Below, piece after piece: positions 21,348 to 29,983 of a DNA stretch of 64,000 bases. Every line of letters begins with the position of its first letter. Position 1 is the stretch's first letter. This DNA is from an uncultured cyanobacterium (GTDB lineage Bacteria; Cyanobacteriota; Cyanobacteriia; Cyanobacteriales; CAWUOF01): assembly GCA_963744145.1 (NCBI GenBank), contig CAVUSO010000001.1, positions 5,888,001 through 5,952,000 on the forward strand, in the 5' to 3' direction. Both the position numbers and the translations under genes were made by a program. The notes beneath the pieces were generated by a model, which worked only from the letters and a program-made list of their open reading frames with translations, searched no databases and was not told the DNA's origin.

Positions 21348-23507
21348 ATGACAGAGATAGACAAAGCAATATCATTTGATGGACGGGAAATTCGGTTGAA
21401 AGTTGGCCTGTTCGCTCCTCAAGCAGGTGGTTCAGTATTTATTCAATCGGGAGATACAGCAGTTTTAGTAACTGCAACCCGTTCGACAGGAAGAGAAGGG
21501 ATAGATTTTCTACCCTTATTGGTCGATTATGAAGAAAGACTGTATGCAGCTGGTCGAATTCCTGGTGGTTTTTTACGACGAGAAGGACGTCCCCCAGAAA
21601 AGGTGACTCTGACCAGTCGTTTAATTGATCGACCCCTACGTCCGTTATTTCCCAGTTGGTTGAGGGATGATATCCAAATCGTAGCCACGACATTATCAAT
21701 GGATGAGGAAGTACCACCAGATGTACTCGCAGTTACGGGTGCTTCGGTCGCGGTGCTATTGGCAAAAATTCCCTTTCATGGTCCAATGGCAGCAGTCCGG
21801 GTGGGATTGGTTGGAGATGATTTTGTGATTAATCCGACTTACTCCGAAGTCGAGTCTGGTGATTTAGATTTGGTGGTCGCCGGTTCACCCCAAGGAGTGA
21901 TCATGGTAGAAGCTCGTTCTAATCAATTGCCAGAACAAGATATTATCGAGGCGATCGACTTTGGCTATGAAGCAGTCTGTGACTTAATTAAAGCCCAAGC
22001 AGAAATGATGGCAGATTTAGGGATTGATCTGACGGTGGAAGATCCCGATCCAGTCGATCAGACCCTAGAAAACTTTATTCGCGATCGGGCTACAGCCCAG
22101 ATTAAAGAGGTTTTAACCAGATTTGAGCTGGACAAAACTAGTCGTGATGCTCTGTTAGACGAGATTAAAGCAACAGAAATAGTAACTGCGATCGCTGAAT
22201 TAGCCGAAGATGATCCAGTCCGAGTTGCCGCCACAGGTAATGATAAGACGATTAGCATGGTTTTCAAAGAAGTAACTAAGGAACTCATGCGTCGTCAAAT
22301 CATCGAAGATGGTGTACGAGTTGATGGTCGTAAACTCGATGAAGTACGTCCAGTTTCTTGTCGGGTTGGTCTTTTACCAGCAAGAGTGCATGGTAGTGGT
22401 TTATTTAACCGAGGTTTAACTCAGGTTTTATCAGTTGTCACCTTGGGAACTCCTGGAGATGCTCAGGATCTAGCTGATGACTTACATCCTGATGATGAAA
22501 AGCGTTATCTCCATCATTACAATTTCCCACCCTATTCCGTCGGTGAAACTAAACCTATGCGGGCTCCTGGTCGTCGGGAAATTGGTCATGGAGCTTTAGC
22601 AGAACGTGCTTTAGTACCAGTGTTACCACCCAAAGCAGAGTTTCCTTATGTGATTCGGGTAGTGTCAGAGGTACTTTCTTCCAATGGTTCTACTTCGATG
22701 GGTTCGGTATGTGGTTCTACTTTAGCTTTAATGGATGCGGGAGTACCAATTACCAAACCAGTTAGTGGTGCTGCAATGGGTTTGATCAAAGAAGGTGATG
22801 AAGTTCGGATTCTGACTGATATCCAAGGGATTGAAGATTTCTTGGGGGATATGGATTTTAAGGTCGCTGGGACTGATAGTGGGATTACCGCTTTACAGAT
22901 GGATATGAAGCTGACTGGTTTGTCGATGGATATAGTTGCTAAAGCGATCTATCAAGCTAAACCAGCGCGGTTACATATTCTCGAAAAAATGATGTTAGCG
23001 ATCGATAAACCCCGTACAGAAATGTCACCTTATGCTCCTCGATTGTTAATGTTGCGAGTTGATCCAGACTTTATTGGTATGATCATTGGACCTGGGGGTA
23101 AGATGATCAAGAGCATTACCGAAGAAACTGGTGCTAAAGTCGAAATCTCTGATGATGGTACAGTTACCGTTTCTGCTGTAGATTTGGATAAAGCTAAACG
23201 CGCTGTAACCATTATTCAAAACTTAGTCCGGAAACTAAGTGAAGGTGATGTCTATGCTGGTCGCGTCACTCGCATTATTCCCATTGGTGCTTTTGTCGAG
23301 GTGCTTCCTGGTAAGGAAGGGATGATTCATATTTCCCAATTAGCTGATTATCGAGTTGGTAAGGTAGAAGATGTTCTAGCTGTTGGGGATGAAGTGATTG
23401 TCAAAGTCCGGGAAATTGACCAAAAGGGTCGGATTAATTTGACTCGTTTGGGTATTCACCCCGATGAAGCAGCCGCAGCTCGTGCTGCTGCTTCGGCTAA
23501 TCGCTAA
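21348..23507 (+). CDS. pnp: Polyribonucleotide nucleotidyltransferase (PNPase)
   Basis: [32 protein letters not shown] and S1 domains. Confidence 0.98.
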   Translation: MTEIDKAISFDGREIRLKVGLFAPQAGGSVFIQSGDTAVLVTATRSTGREGIDFLPLLVDYEERLYAAGRIPGGFLRREGRPPEKVTLTSRLIDRPLRPLFPSWLRDDIQIVATTLSMDEEVPPDVLAVTGASVAVLLAKIPFHGPMAAVRVGLVGDDFVINPTYSEVESGDLDLVVAGSPQGVIMVEARSNQLPEQDIIEAIDFGYEAVCDLIKAQAEMMADLGIDLTVEDPDPVDQTLENFIRDRATAQIKEVLTRFELDKTSRDALLDEIKATEIVTAIAELAEDDPVRVAATGNDKTISMVFKEVTKELMRRQIIEDGVRVDGRKLDEVRPVSCRVGLLPARVHGSGLFNRGLTQVLSVVTLGTPGDAQDLADDLHPDDEKRYLHHYNFPPYSVGETKPMRAPGRREIGHGALAERALVPVLPPKAEFPYVIRVVSEVLSSNGSTSMGSVCGSTLALMDAGVPITKPVSGAAMGLIKEGDEVRILTDIQGIEDFLGDMDFKVAGTDSGITALQMDMKLTGLSMDIVAKAIYQAKPARLHILEKMMLAIDKPRTEMSPYAPRLLMLRVDPDFIGMIIGPGGKMIKSITEETGAKVEISDDGTVTVSAVDLDKAKRAVTIIQNLVRKLSEGDVYAGRVTRIIPIGAFVEVLPGKEGMIHISQLADYRVGKVEDVLAVGDEVIVKVREIDQKGRINLTRLGIHPDEAAAARAAASANR

Positions 23508-23510
23508 AAT

Positions 23511-23578
23511 TGTTAATAGGTAATGGGTAGTTGGTTAGAGGTTAGTAACTTAACTTATTATCTGTTACCTATTATTAA
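23511..23578. repeat. Degenerate heptamer (STRR-like) repeats forming a loose hairpin after pnp, possible terminator
   Basis: TAATAGGTAATGGGTAGTTGG... pairs loosely with ...TGTTACCTATTA. Confidence 0.45.
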
Positions 23579-23641
23579 TTAGGGGTTGGCGATCGCCAAT
23601 ATATTTATCTCCTAAATTGATAAATTTTGATGAATGAAACT

Positions 23642-23763
23642 AGACTTCTTGCAAAAATAATTAAAACAGGCAAGATGCCTGTCCCACAAGAGTCTTTTTT
23701 TGTTGTGGGACAGGCATCTTGCCTGTCCAATAAATCGATCAACATGACTTTTGCAAGAGGTCT
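23642..23763. mobile_element. 122-bp MITE, AGACYTCTTGCA family, copy 2 (opposite orientation)
   Basis: Same TIRs, ACT duplication (23639-41, 23764-66), same 22-bp internal stem. Confidence 0.85.
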
Positions 23764-23810
23764 ACTGTAGATTAAAATCTATCCCTATCCTATAACTATG
23801 GAGTTTATTT

Positions 23811-24518
23811 TTGACACAAGTAAAAGGTAATTTTTTAGAACAAGCAGTCAACAAATTTATTGAGCTAGTGTTAGCAAGATTGGTTGATGCAGAACACTTA
23901 CAAGTTAAGATCAAAGCTAATCTCAAAGATTTACTCGCTGGAAAATTGGATGCTCTCACCATTCAAATGTTCGGCTTTCTGCTACGAAGTCATCTCCGCA
24001 TCACAGAATTTCAATTTCAGATTGGTGCTTCTGCTGTTAATTTGCAAAGCATAAGACATCGTAAAATTGAACTTTTGTATCCCGCAGAAGGCTCAATCCG
24101 GATGGTAATTACTCAAGCACAATTAACCACTTTTCTTAATCAAAAATTAGGATATTTATTTCGAGAGAATCAACAAGAATTTAAACTTGAACAGGTAAAG
24201 TGTGAATTTAGGGAAGATGGGGCGATCGCCTTTCATTTCTACTGGATGAATCCTAAATTAAATAACTCTGAAATTTGTATTATCCTCTGTCAAATTGAGA
24301 CTAGCAACAATCCAGTTACTCTCATTCCAGATAGTTTTAAAGCCCATGAATTACCAAATGAAGTTGTCAAAACTGCCCTCACCCAAGTAAGTGATATTTT
24401 AAGTTTAAATGATCTAGCTAATCAGGGTAGTACCTTTGGAAACAAACAATTTAATATGGAAGGAGGTACAATTATAGTACAAGCTCATGCCTATATCGAG
24501 CAATTTCCATCCAATTAA
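23811..24518 (+). CDS. DUF2993/LmeA-like protein
   Basis: LLAGKLDAL.I and S.R.VITQ.QL..FLN pattern; TTG start with GGAG 7 nt upstream. Confidence 0.6.
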   Translation: MTQVKGNFLEQAVNKFIELVLARLVDAEHLQVKIKANLKDLLAGKLDALTIQMFGFLLRSHLRITEFQFQIGASAVNLQSIRHRKIELLYPAEGSIRMVITQAQLTTFLNQKLGYLFRENQQEFKLEQVKCEFREDGAIAFHFYWMNPKLNNSEICIILCQIETSNNPVTLIPDSFKAHELPNEVVKTALTQVSDILSLNDLANQGSTFGNKQFNMEGGTIIVQAHAYIEQFPSN

Positions 24519-24814
24519 TACCAATTAACTATGAAATTGCACTTAATCTGAGGTTGATCTGTTAGGCCAGGGCAGGTTTATAATGGTGATCTGTTGGTGG
24601 CAAAATTGACTGGTGAACCTGCCCCTACCAATTTTATCCTCAATTTGCGGATTTCTGTAGTAGGGGCGGGTTCGCCCAGATTTTTGAAATTTACCAATTA
24701 ATTAGAAAAACCCGCCCCGGTTCACCGAGATGTTTGACATTTACCTACTAATCATCAAAACCCACCCTCACCCACAGATCAATCTTATCAATGTATCTTC
24801 ATGGTGAATTGGTA
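24519..24814. mobile_element. 296-bp MITE, TACCAATT family, copy 1
   Basis: TIRs TACCAATT.ACYATGAA / TTCATGGTGAATTGGTA, TAA on both sides; nearly identical to 45053-45295. Confidence 0.88.
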
Positions 24815-24870
24815 TAAATCAATTATTGCCCCTGTACGGGCGTATTTTCCATACACCCCTTCTCTAAACC

Positions 24871-25503
24871 ATGATCCAAACTTTATCAAAACTCCTAACT
24901 TTTACGGAATTTATCAATTGGCTACCTGAAAATTCTGATCAACGCTATGAACTGCACAACGGTAACATTATAGAAATGGCACAACCTCTAGGTGAACATG
25001 AGGAAGTTAAAGGATTTTTAACCATCAAACTTAGTGTGACGATTGACCGACTAAATCTCCCTTATTTTATTGCTAACCAATCTATTATTAAGCCGATTGG
25101 CAAAGATTCTGGGTATTTTCCAGATATTTTAGTAATCAATCGTGCTAATTTGGGCAATGAAAAACTTTGGCAAAAAGAATCCACTCTTAGTTTAGCTGCT
25201 TCTATACCTTTAGTAGTTGAAATAGTTTCAACTAATTGGAGAGATGATTACTATTTGAAATATGCTGATTATGAAGAGATGGGTATTCAAGAATACTGGA
25301 TCATCGATTATGGGGCATTAGGTGGACGTAAATTTGTTGGTAACCCTAAACAAAAGACTATCTCTATTTGTAACTTAGTTGAGGGAGAATATCAGATTAG
25401 TAAGTTTCAAAATCAAGATGTGATTGTTTCCCAAATTTTTCCAGAATTACATCTCACTGCTAATCAGATTTTTACCTGTGGTAATGAAGGAGCGATCGCT
25501 TAA
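24871..25503 (+). CDS. Uma2 family PD-(D/E)xK protein
   Basis: RYEL.NG, PD, LVVEIVS, K..DY..GI.EYWIID. Confidence 0.9.
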   Translation: MIQTLSKLLTFTEFINWLPENSDQRYELHNGNIIEMAQPLGEHEEVKGFLTIKLSVTIDRLNLPYFIANQSIIKPIGKDSGYFPDILVINRANLGNEKLWQKESTLSLAASIPLVVEIVSTNWRDDYYLKYADYEEMGIQEYWIIDYGALGGRKFVGNPKQKTISICNLVEGEYQISKFQNQDVIVSQIFPELHLTANQIFTCGNEGAIA

Positions 25504-25569
25504 AAATTTTTATGTTTATTTGGCGATCGGCACCACCTGATCAAGACAGACAAGATGGCTGTCCCACCA

Positions 25570-26475
25570 TCAGCTAGCATTTTTCTCTTTGATCCACCCT
25601 AATAAAATTGGATTGACAATTTCTGGAGCTTCATCATGGGGACAATGACCTAATCCCTCTAAAGGAAGGAACTTTTCTACAGAGGGAAAATTGGCTAATC
25701 GGGCACCTAATTCGATCGGTTCCCAAGGGTCTTCTGCTCCCCACAAAATCATTACTGGACAAGCTAAATTTGGCAATAAATCCTCTGGAAGCGGACCTTG
25801 GGAATAACGAGTAAATGCTAAAAATACATACACTGCACCAGGATCAAGTGCTGGTTCGATAATTAGATCAACCAGTTCATCAGTTACTGCTTCGGAACGT
25901 TTGTAAGCTTGTAAAAGAACCTTCCGGACTGTAGCTGGTCTAGCTAACTGGTGAAAAAATAACTGACCAATCCGTTTTACTGCTAATAATTGTTGCACCA
26001 TTGGTGTACCAATGCGGCGCATCCAGGAAAGTTGTTCTCGTCGGCGATCGTGTAATAGTCTTAGGGAACAATTAATGATCACTATTCCTAATACTAGATC
26101 GGGATAACTGACTGCGGTTTGCATAGCCGCAATACAACCAATCGAATTACCGACTAAAAAAGCAGGTCCACCGACCACTTCTCGACAAAAATCGGCGATT
26201 TGTTGTCCCCAGGTTTCAAAGGTATAGGAGATCTTACCAGGAAAGGGTTTAGCTGAAGCACCAAAACCAATCAAATCAATCGCAAAAACTCTAGTTTGTG
26301 CCGCTAAAATTGGGATATTATGACGCCAATGTCCAGATGAAGCGCCAAAGCCATGTACTAATATCACTGCTGGACCTTCATCACCCTGGTGTTGATAACC
26401 AATGGAGAAACCTTGCCAAATCCAAGTTTTATAGTTGAGTTTGGTTGATGTAGTTGCAGGTGTAGAACTGGTCAT
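25570..26475 (-). CDS. Alpha/beta fold hydrolase
   Basis: LVHGFGAS, DLIGFG, GNSIG, GHCPHDE. Confidence 0.9.
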   Translation of the reverse strand: MTSSTPATTSTKLNYKTWIWQGFSIGYQHQGDEGPAVILVHGFGASSGHWRHNIPILAAQTRVFAIDLIGFGASAKPFPGKISYTFETWGQQIADFCREVVGGPAFLVGNSIGCIAAMQTAVSYPDLVLGIVIINCSLRLLHDRRREQLSWMRRIGTPMVQQLLAVKRIGQLFFHQLARPATVRKVLLQAYKRSEAVTDELVDLIIEPALDPGAVYVFLAFTRYSQGPLPEDLLPNLACPVMILWGAEDPWEPIELGARLANFPSVEKFLPLEGLGHCPHDEAPEIVNPILLGWIKEKNAS

Positions 26476-26807
26476 AGTTGGGAATAGGTTAAATATCAGT
26501 AGCTGATCGCTTTGGCAACAATTAGTCAGTAAAACTAAACTTAATTCAACCGATCTACGCCCCAGATTAATTTATTTTTCCAGTAAAATATTACTTGAGA
26601 ACCTACATAACTCGCTTTAGAGATATTTTAGCATTGAGAAAGAGAAAATTTCAGATTAGCCAATTATTTTTCAGGCTTAACTTTAAATAGCTCTAGCCAA
26701 ATTTAACCAGCTTGGTTGATCAGGGATTTTTTGACTAGAATCGAAAAACGTGGAAATATTTCTTTATCCTGTCTAGTGCAGGCATTTTTGAGGGTAAGTG
26801 GTAAAAT

Positions 26808-28727
26808 ATGCAAACACAAGACCGCGTTGCTACATCGAAACTAGATGCGACTATTGCAGCTAGCCAGAACTATCTACTTTCTACCCAATATCCTGATGGC
26901 TATTGGTGGACAGAGCTAGAATCTAATGTGACAATGGTAGCAGAAGCTATTCTCCTCCACAAAATTTGGGGTACAGATGGAACGAGACCTCTAGCTAAAG
27001 CGGAAAATTATCTCCGTCGGGAACAGCGGAGTCATGGTGGTTGGGAACTTTTCTATGGTGATGGTGGACACCTAAGTACCTCGATCGAAGCATATATGGC
27101 TTTGAAGTTGCTGGGTGTATCGTCCACTGATCCGGCCATGATTAAGGCTAAAGATTTTATTTTAGCACAAGGCGGAATTAGCAAATCGCGCATTTTTACT
27201 AAGTTACACTTAGCATTAATTGGTTGCTACAGTTGGCAAGGGATTCCGGCTTTGCCACCTTGGATTATGCTGCTACCAGAGTCTTTCCCCTTCACAATTT
27301 ACGAAATGTCTAGCTGGGCCAGAGGTAGCACGGTTCCTTTGTTGATCGTTTTTGACCGCAAACCGATTTTTCGAGTTAATCCAGCGATTAGTCTAGATGA
27401 ACTTTATGTTGAAGCCGCTGGTAATGTCAAGTTTGAATTGCCCCGAAATAATGATTGGACAGATTTATTTCTAGTGCTTGATCAGGTTTTTAAATTTGCC
27501 GAAGATTTTAATTTAGTACCTTGGCGATCGGAAAGTATTGAAGCTGCGGAAAAATGGGTCTTAGAACGTCAGGAAGCAAGTGGAGATTGGGGTGGGATTA
27601 TTCCTGCGATGTTAAATTCTCTTTTGGGGTTACGTTGTCTTGATTATGATGTGGCTGATCCGATTATTGTGAGAGGGATGGAAGCGGTCGATCGTTTTGC
27701 GATCGAAACGATTGATAGTTACCGAATGCAACCTTGTGTTTCTCCAGTTTGGGATACCGCTTTGGTAATGCGATCGCTAGTTGATTCAGGTTTAGCCCCA
27801 GATCATCCCGCTTTAATTAGAGGTGGTGAATGGTTGCTTCGTAAACAAATTTTAGATTATGGAGATTGGGCAGTTAAAAATAAGCAAGGAAAACCAGGTG
27901 CTTGGGCTTTTGAATTTGAAAATCGGTTTTATCCCGATGTTGATGATTCTGCGGTAGTAGTAATGGCCTTATGTGGGATAAAATTACCAAATGAACAGTT
28001 AAAACAAGCTGCGATCGCCCGTACTGTTGCTTGGATTGGGACAATGCAATGTCAAGCAGGTGGTTGGGCTGCTTTTGATCTAAATAATAATCAAGCTTGG
28101 CTGAATGCGTTACCTTATGCTGACCTAAAAGCCATGATTGATCCTAACACAGCAGATGTAACTGCTCGAGTTTTAGAAATGTTAGGGAAAATTGAAAATG
28201 TGACGATGGAAAAGAGTCGGGTGACTCGTGCTTTAGATTATCTAGTCAAAGAACAAGAAATTGAAGGTTGTTGGTTTGGTCGTTGGGGAGTAAATTATAT
28301 TTATGGCACCAGTGGAGTTCTTGCCGCATTATCTTTAATTGCACCACAATCTCATCGTAGTAATATTGAGCGCGGTGCCAATTGGTTAATTAGTTGTCAA
28401 AATCCTGATGGTGGTTGGGGCGAAACCTGTTTAAGTTATAACGATCCTAGTTTAAAAGGAAAAGGAAACAGTACAGCATCTCAAACTGCTTGGGCTTTAA
28501 TTGGTTTAATAGCGGCTGGGGAAGCAACTGGCAATTTAGCAATGACTACAATTGAACAAGGAGTAAATTATCTGTTAGCAACCCAGCAATCAGATGGAAA
28601 ATGGGATGAGTCAGAATTTACTGGTACTGGTTTTCCTGGACATTTTTACCTAAAATACCACTTTTATCAACAACATTTTCCCCTGACGGCTTTAGGACGT
28701 TATCGGACACTATTAAATCAGGTTTGA
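26808..28727 (+). CDS. shc: Squalene-hopene cyclase
   Basis: YPDVDDSA (DXDD), SPVWDT, QW repeats, GRWGVNYIYGT, FTGTGFP. Confidence 0.97.
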   Translation: MQTQDRVATSKLDATIAASQNYLLSTQYPDGYWWTELESNVTMVAEAILLHKIWGTDGTRPLAKAENYLRREQRSHGGWELFYGDGGHLSTSIEAYMALKLLGVSSTDPAMIKAKDFILAQGGISKSRIFTKLHLALIGCYSWQGIPALPPWIMLLPESFPFTIYEMSSWARGSTVPLLIVFDRKPIFRVNPAISLDELYVEAAGNVKFELPRNNDWTDLFLVLDQVFKFAEDFNLVPWRSESIEAAEKWVLERQEASGDWGGIIPAMLNSLLGLRCLDYDVADPIIVRGMEAVDRFAIETIDSYRMQPCVSPVWDTALVMRSLVDSGLAPDHPALIRGGEWLLRKQILDYGDWAVKNKQGKPGAWAFEFENRFYPDVDDSAVVVMALCGIKLPNEQLKQAAIARTVAWIGTMQCQAGGWAAFDLNNNQAWLNALPYADLKAMIDPNTADVTARVLEMLGKIENVTMEKSRVTRALDYLVKEQEIEGCWFGRWGVNYIYGTSGVLAALSLIAPQSHRSNIERGANWLISCQNPDGGWGETCLSYNDPSLKGKGNSTASQTAWALIGLIAAGEATGNLAMTTIEQGVNYLLATQQSDGKWDESEFTGTGFPGHFYLKYHFYQQHFPLTALGRYRTLLNQV

Positions 28728-28816
28728 AAATTTAATTTGTCCTATTTCCTATTTCCATGATCCACAAGTCTTTTCGAGTTATCTCATAGACTTGCTCCAA
28801 ACCCCATCTTAAGTTC

Positions 28817-29581
28817 CTATAATTGTTCTAAATCAATACCCTTGGCTTGCAATAGTGCCAGCAAAGCTTGATAATTTTGTCTTTCTTGCTCAAGCTGGGT
28901 CATGGCGATCTCTGCACGTTGACGTTCTTGCTCAAGCTGGGTCATGGCGATCTCTGCGCGTTGATGTTCTTGTTCAGCACGTTGATGTTCTTGTTCAGCA
29001 CGAAGACGTTCTTGTTGAGTGAGTTGATCAAGTTCGATCGAGGTGAGAAATTTCTCTCCATCGGGACGATAAATCTCCAAGGTGTCTGGTTTAAGTTCAA
29101 ATCTGATCCCTAATCTAGGACTAACCCACCCTTGCATCTGGTCGATCGCTTCTAAGATATCTCCTCGACGCAAAAAGCCACTCAATTCCACTCGTTGGGG
29201 ATAATAAATGTAATATTCTTCCACCCCATATTGTTGATACAATAGGAATTTATTCGACATTTCGGTAGCGCTATTGCTGGGAGACAAAATTTCAAAGACG
29301 ACTTGAGGGTGAATATTTGCTTCGAGCCATTGTTGATAAGAACCGCGTTTACCTTTTGGTCTACCAAAGATGACCATAACATCGGGTGCCATTGATTGTA
29401 AACTTCCCTGGACTGGATACCAGAGCAGATTACCAGCGATAAAGACATTAGCTATTCCAGCAAATAAGCGTTCTAAATTCTCTTTAATAATGACAATCCA
29501 GTGAAATTGTTCAGTGTTATCAGCCATTGGTTGACCGTCGCTCTCCGGGTAAATAATTTCTGGTTGGAGTTGTTGAACCAT
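28817..29581 (-). CDS. Uma2 family protein with repetitive coiled-coil tail
   Basis: YPESDGQPMADNT, APDVMV, VVFEILSP, YGVEEYY; EQE(H/R)QRA repeats. Confidence 0.9.
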   Translation of the reverse strand: MVQQLQPEIIYPESDGQPMADNTEQFHWIVIIKENLERLFAGIANVFIAGNLLWYPVQGSLQSMAPDVMVIFGRPKGKRGSYQQWLEANIHPQVVFEILSPSNSATEMSNKFLLYQQYGVEEYYIYYPQRVELSGFLRRGDILEAIDQMQGWVSPRLGIRFELKPDTLEIYRPDGEKFLTSIELDQLTQQERLRAEQEHQRAEQEHQRAEIAMTQLEQERQRAEIAMTQLEQERQNYQALLALLQAKGIDLEQL

Positions 29582-29983
29582 GCTACTAATCCTGCTTGAT
29601 TTGGGGGCTAAATTGATGATTAACTCTCCCTATTCTATCAGTTCTGCACTGGCTCAAACACAATTTTGGTATAAGCAGTCATTTCAGCTAACAAATTGAC
29701 CATAAAATTGCCTTGTACGGGCGCTGCTGGAACAATTGAAACAGATTTCTGCTGGTAGTCTCTGAAAATTTTCTTTAATCTCTTAGTAGCATTTGCTAGT
29801 GCTCTTAACGGAAATTAAAGTATCAAGGGATCATAGAGAAGTTAAAAATCATGAAAAATGTTACAGATGCTACTTTAAACTATCTTCAACAAAAAAATAG
29901 CCTGATTTTGGACTATATATAAAAAATATGTTAAATAATAAGATATCCTAACCAAAATATCCATTGAAAAATAAAATTTCGCT

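Noticed and set aside
23798..23813. Possible fifth frameshift (ATG GAG TTT ATT T TTG)
   Set aside because: TTG at 23811 has a well-spaced GGAG, so no indel needs to be assumed
29655..29725. TTTTGGTATAA and TGTACGGGCG fragments resembling MITE/REP ends
   Set aside because: No partner end or complete hairpin found; too short to call
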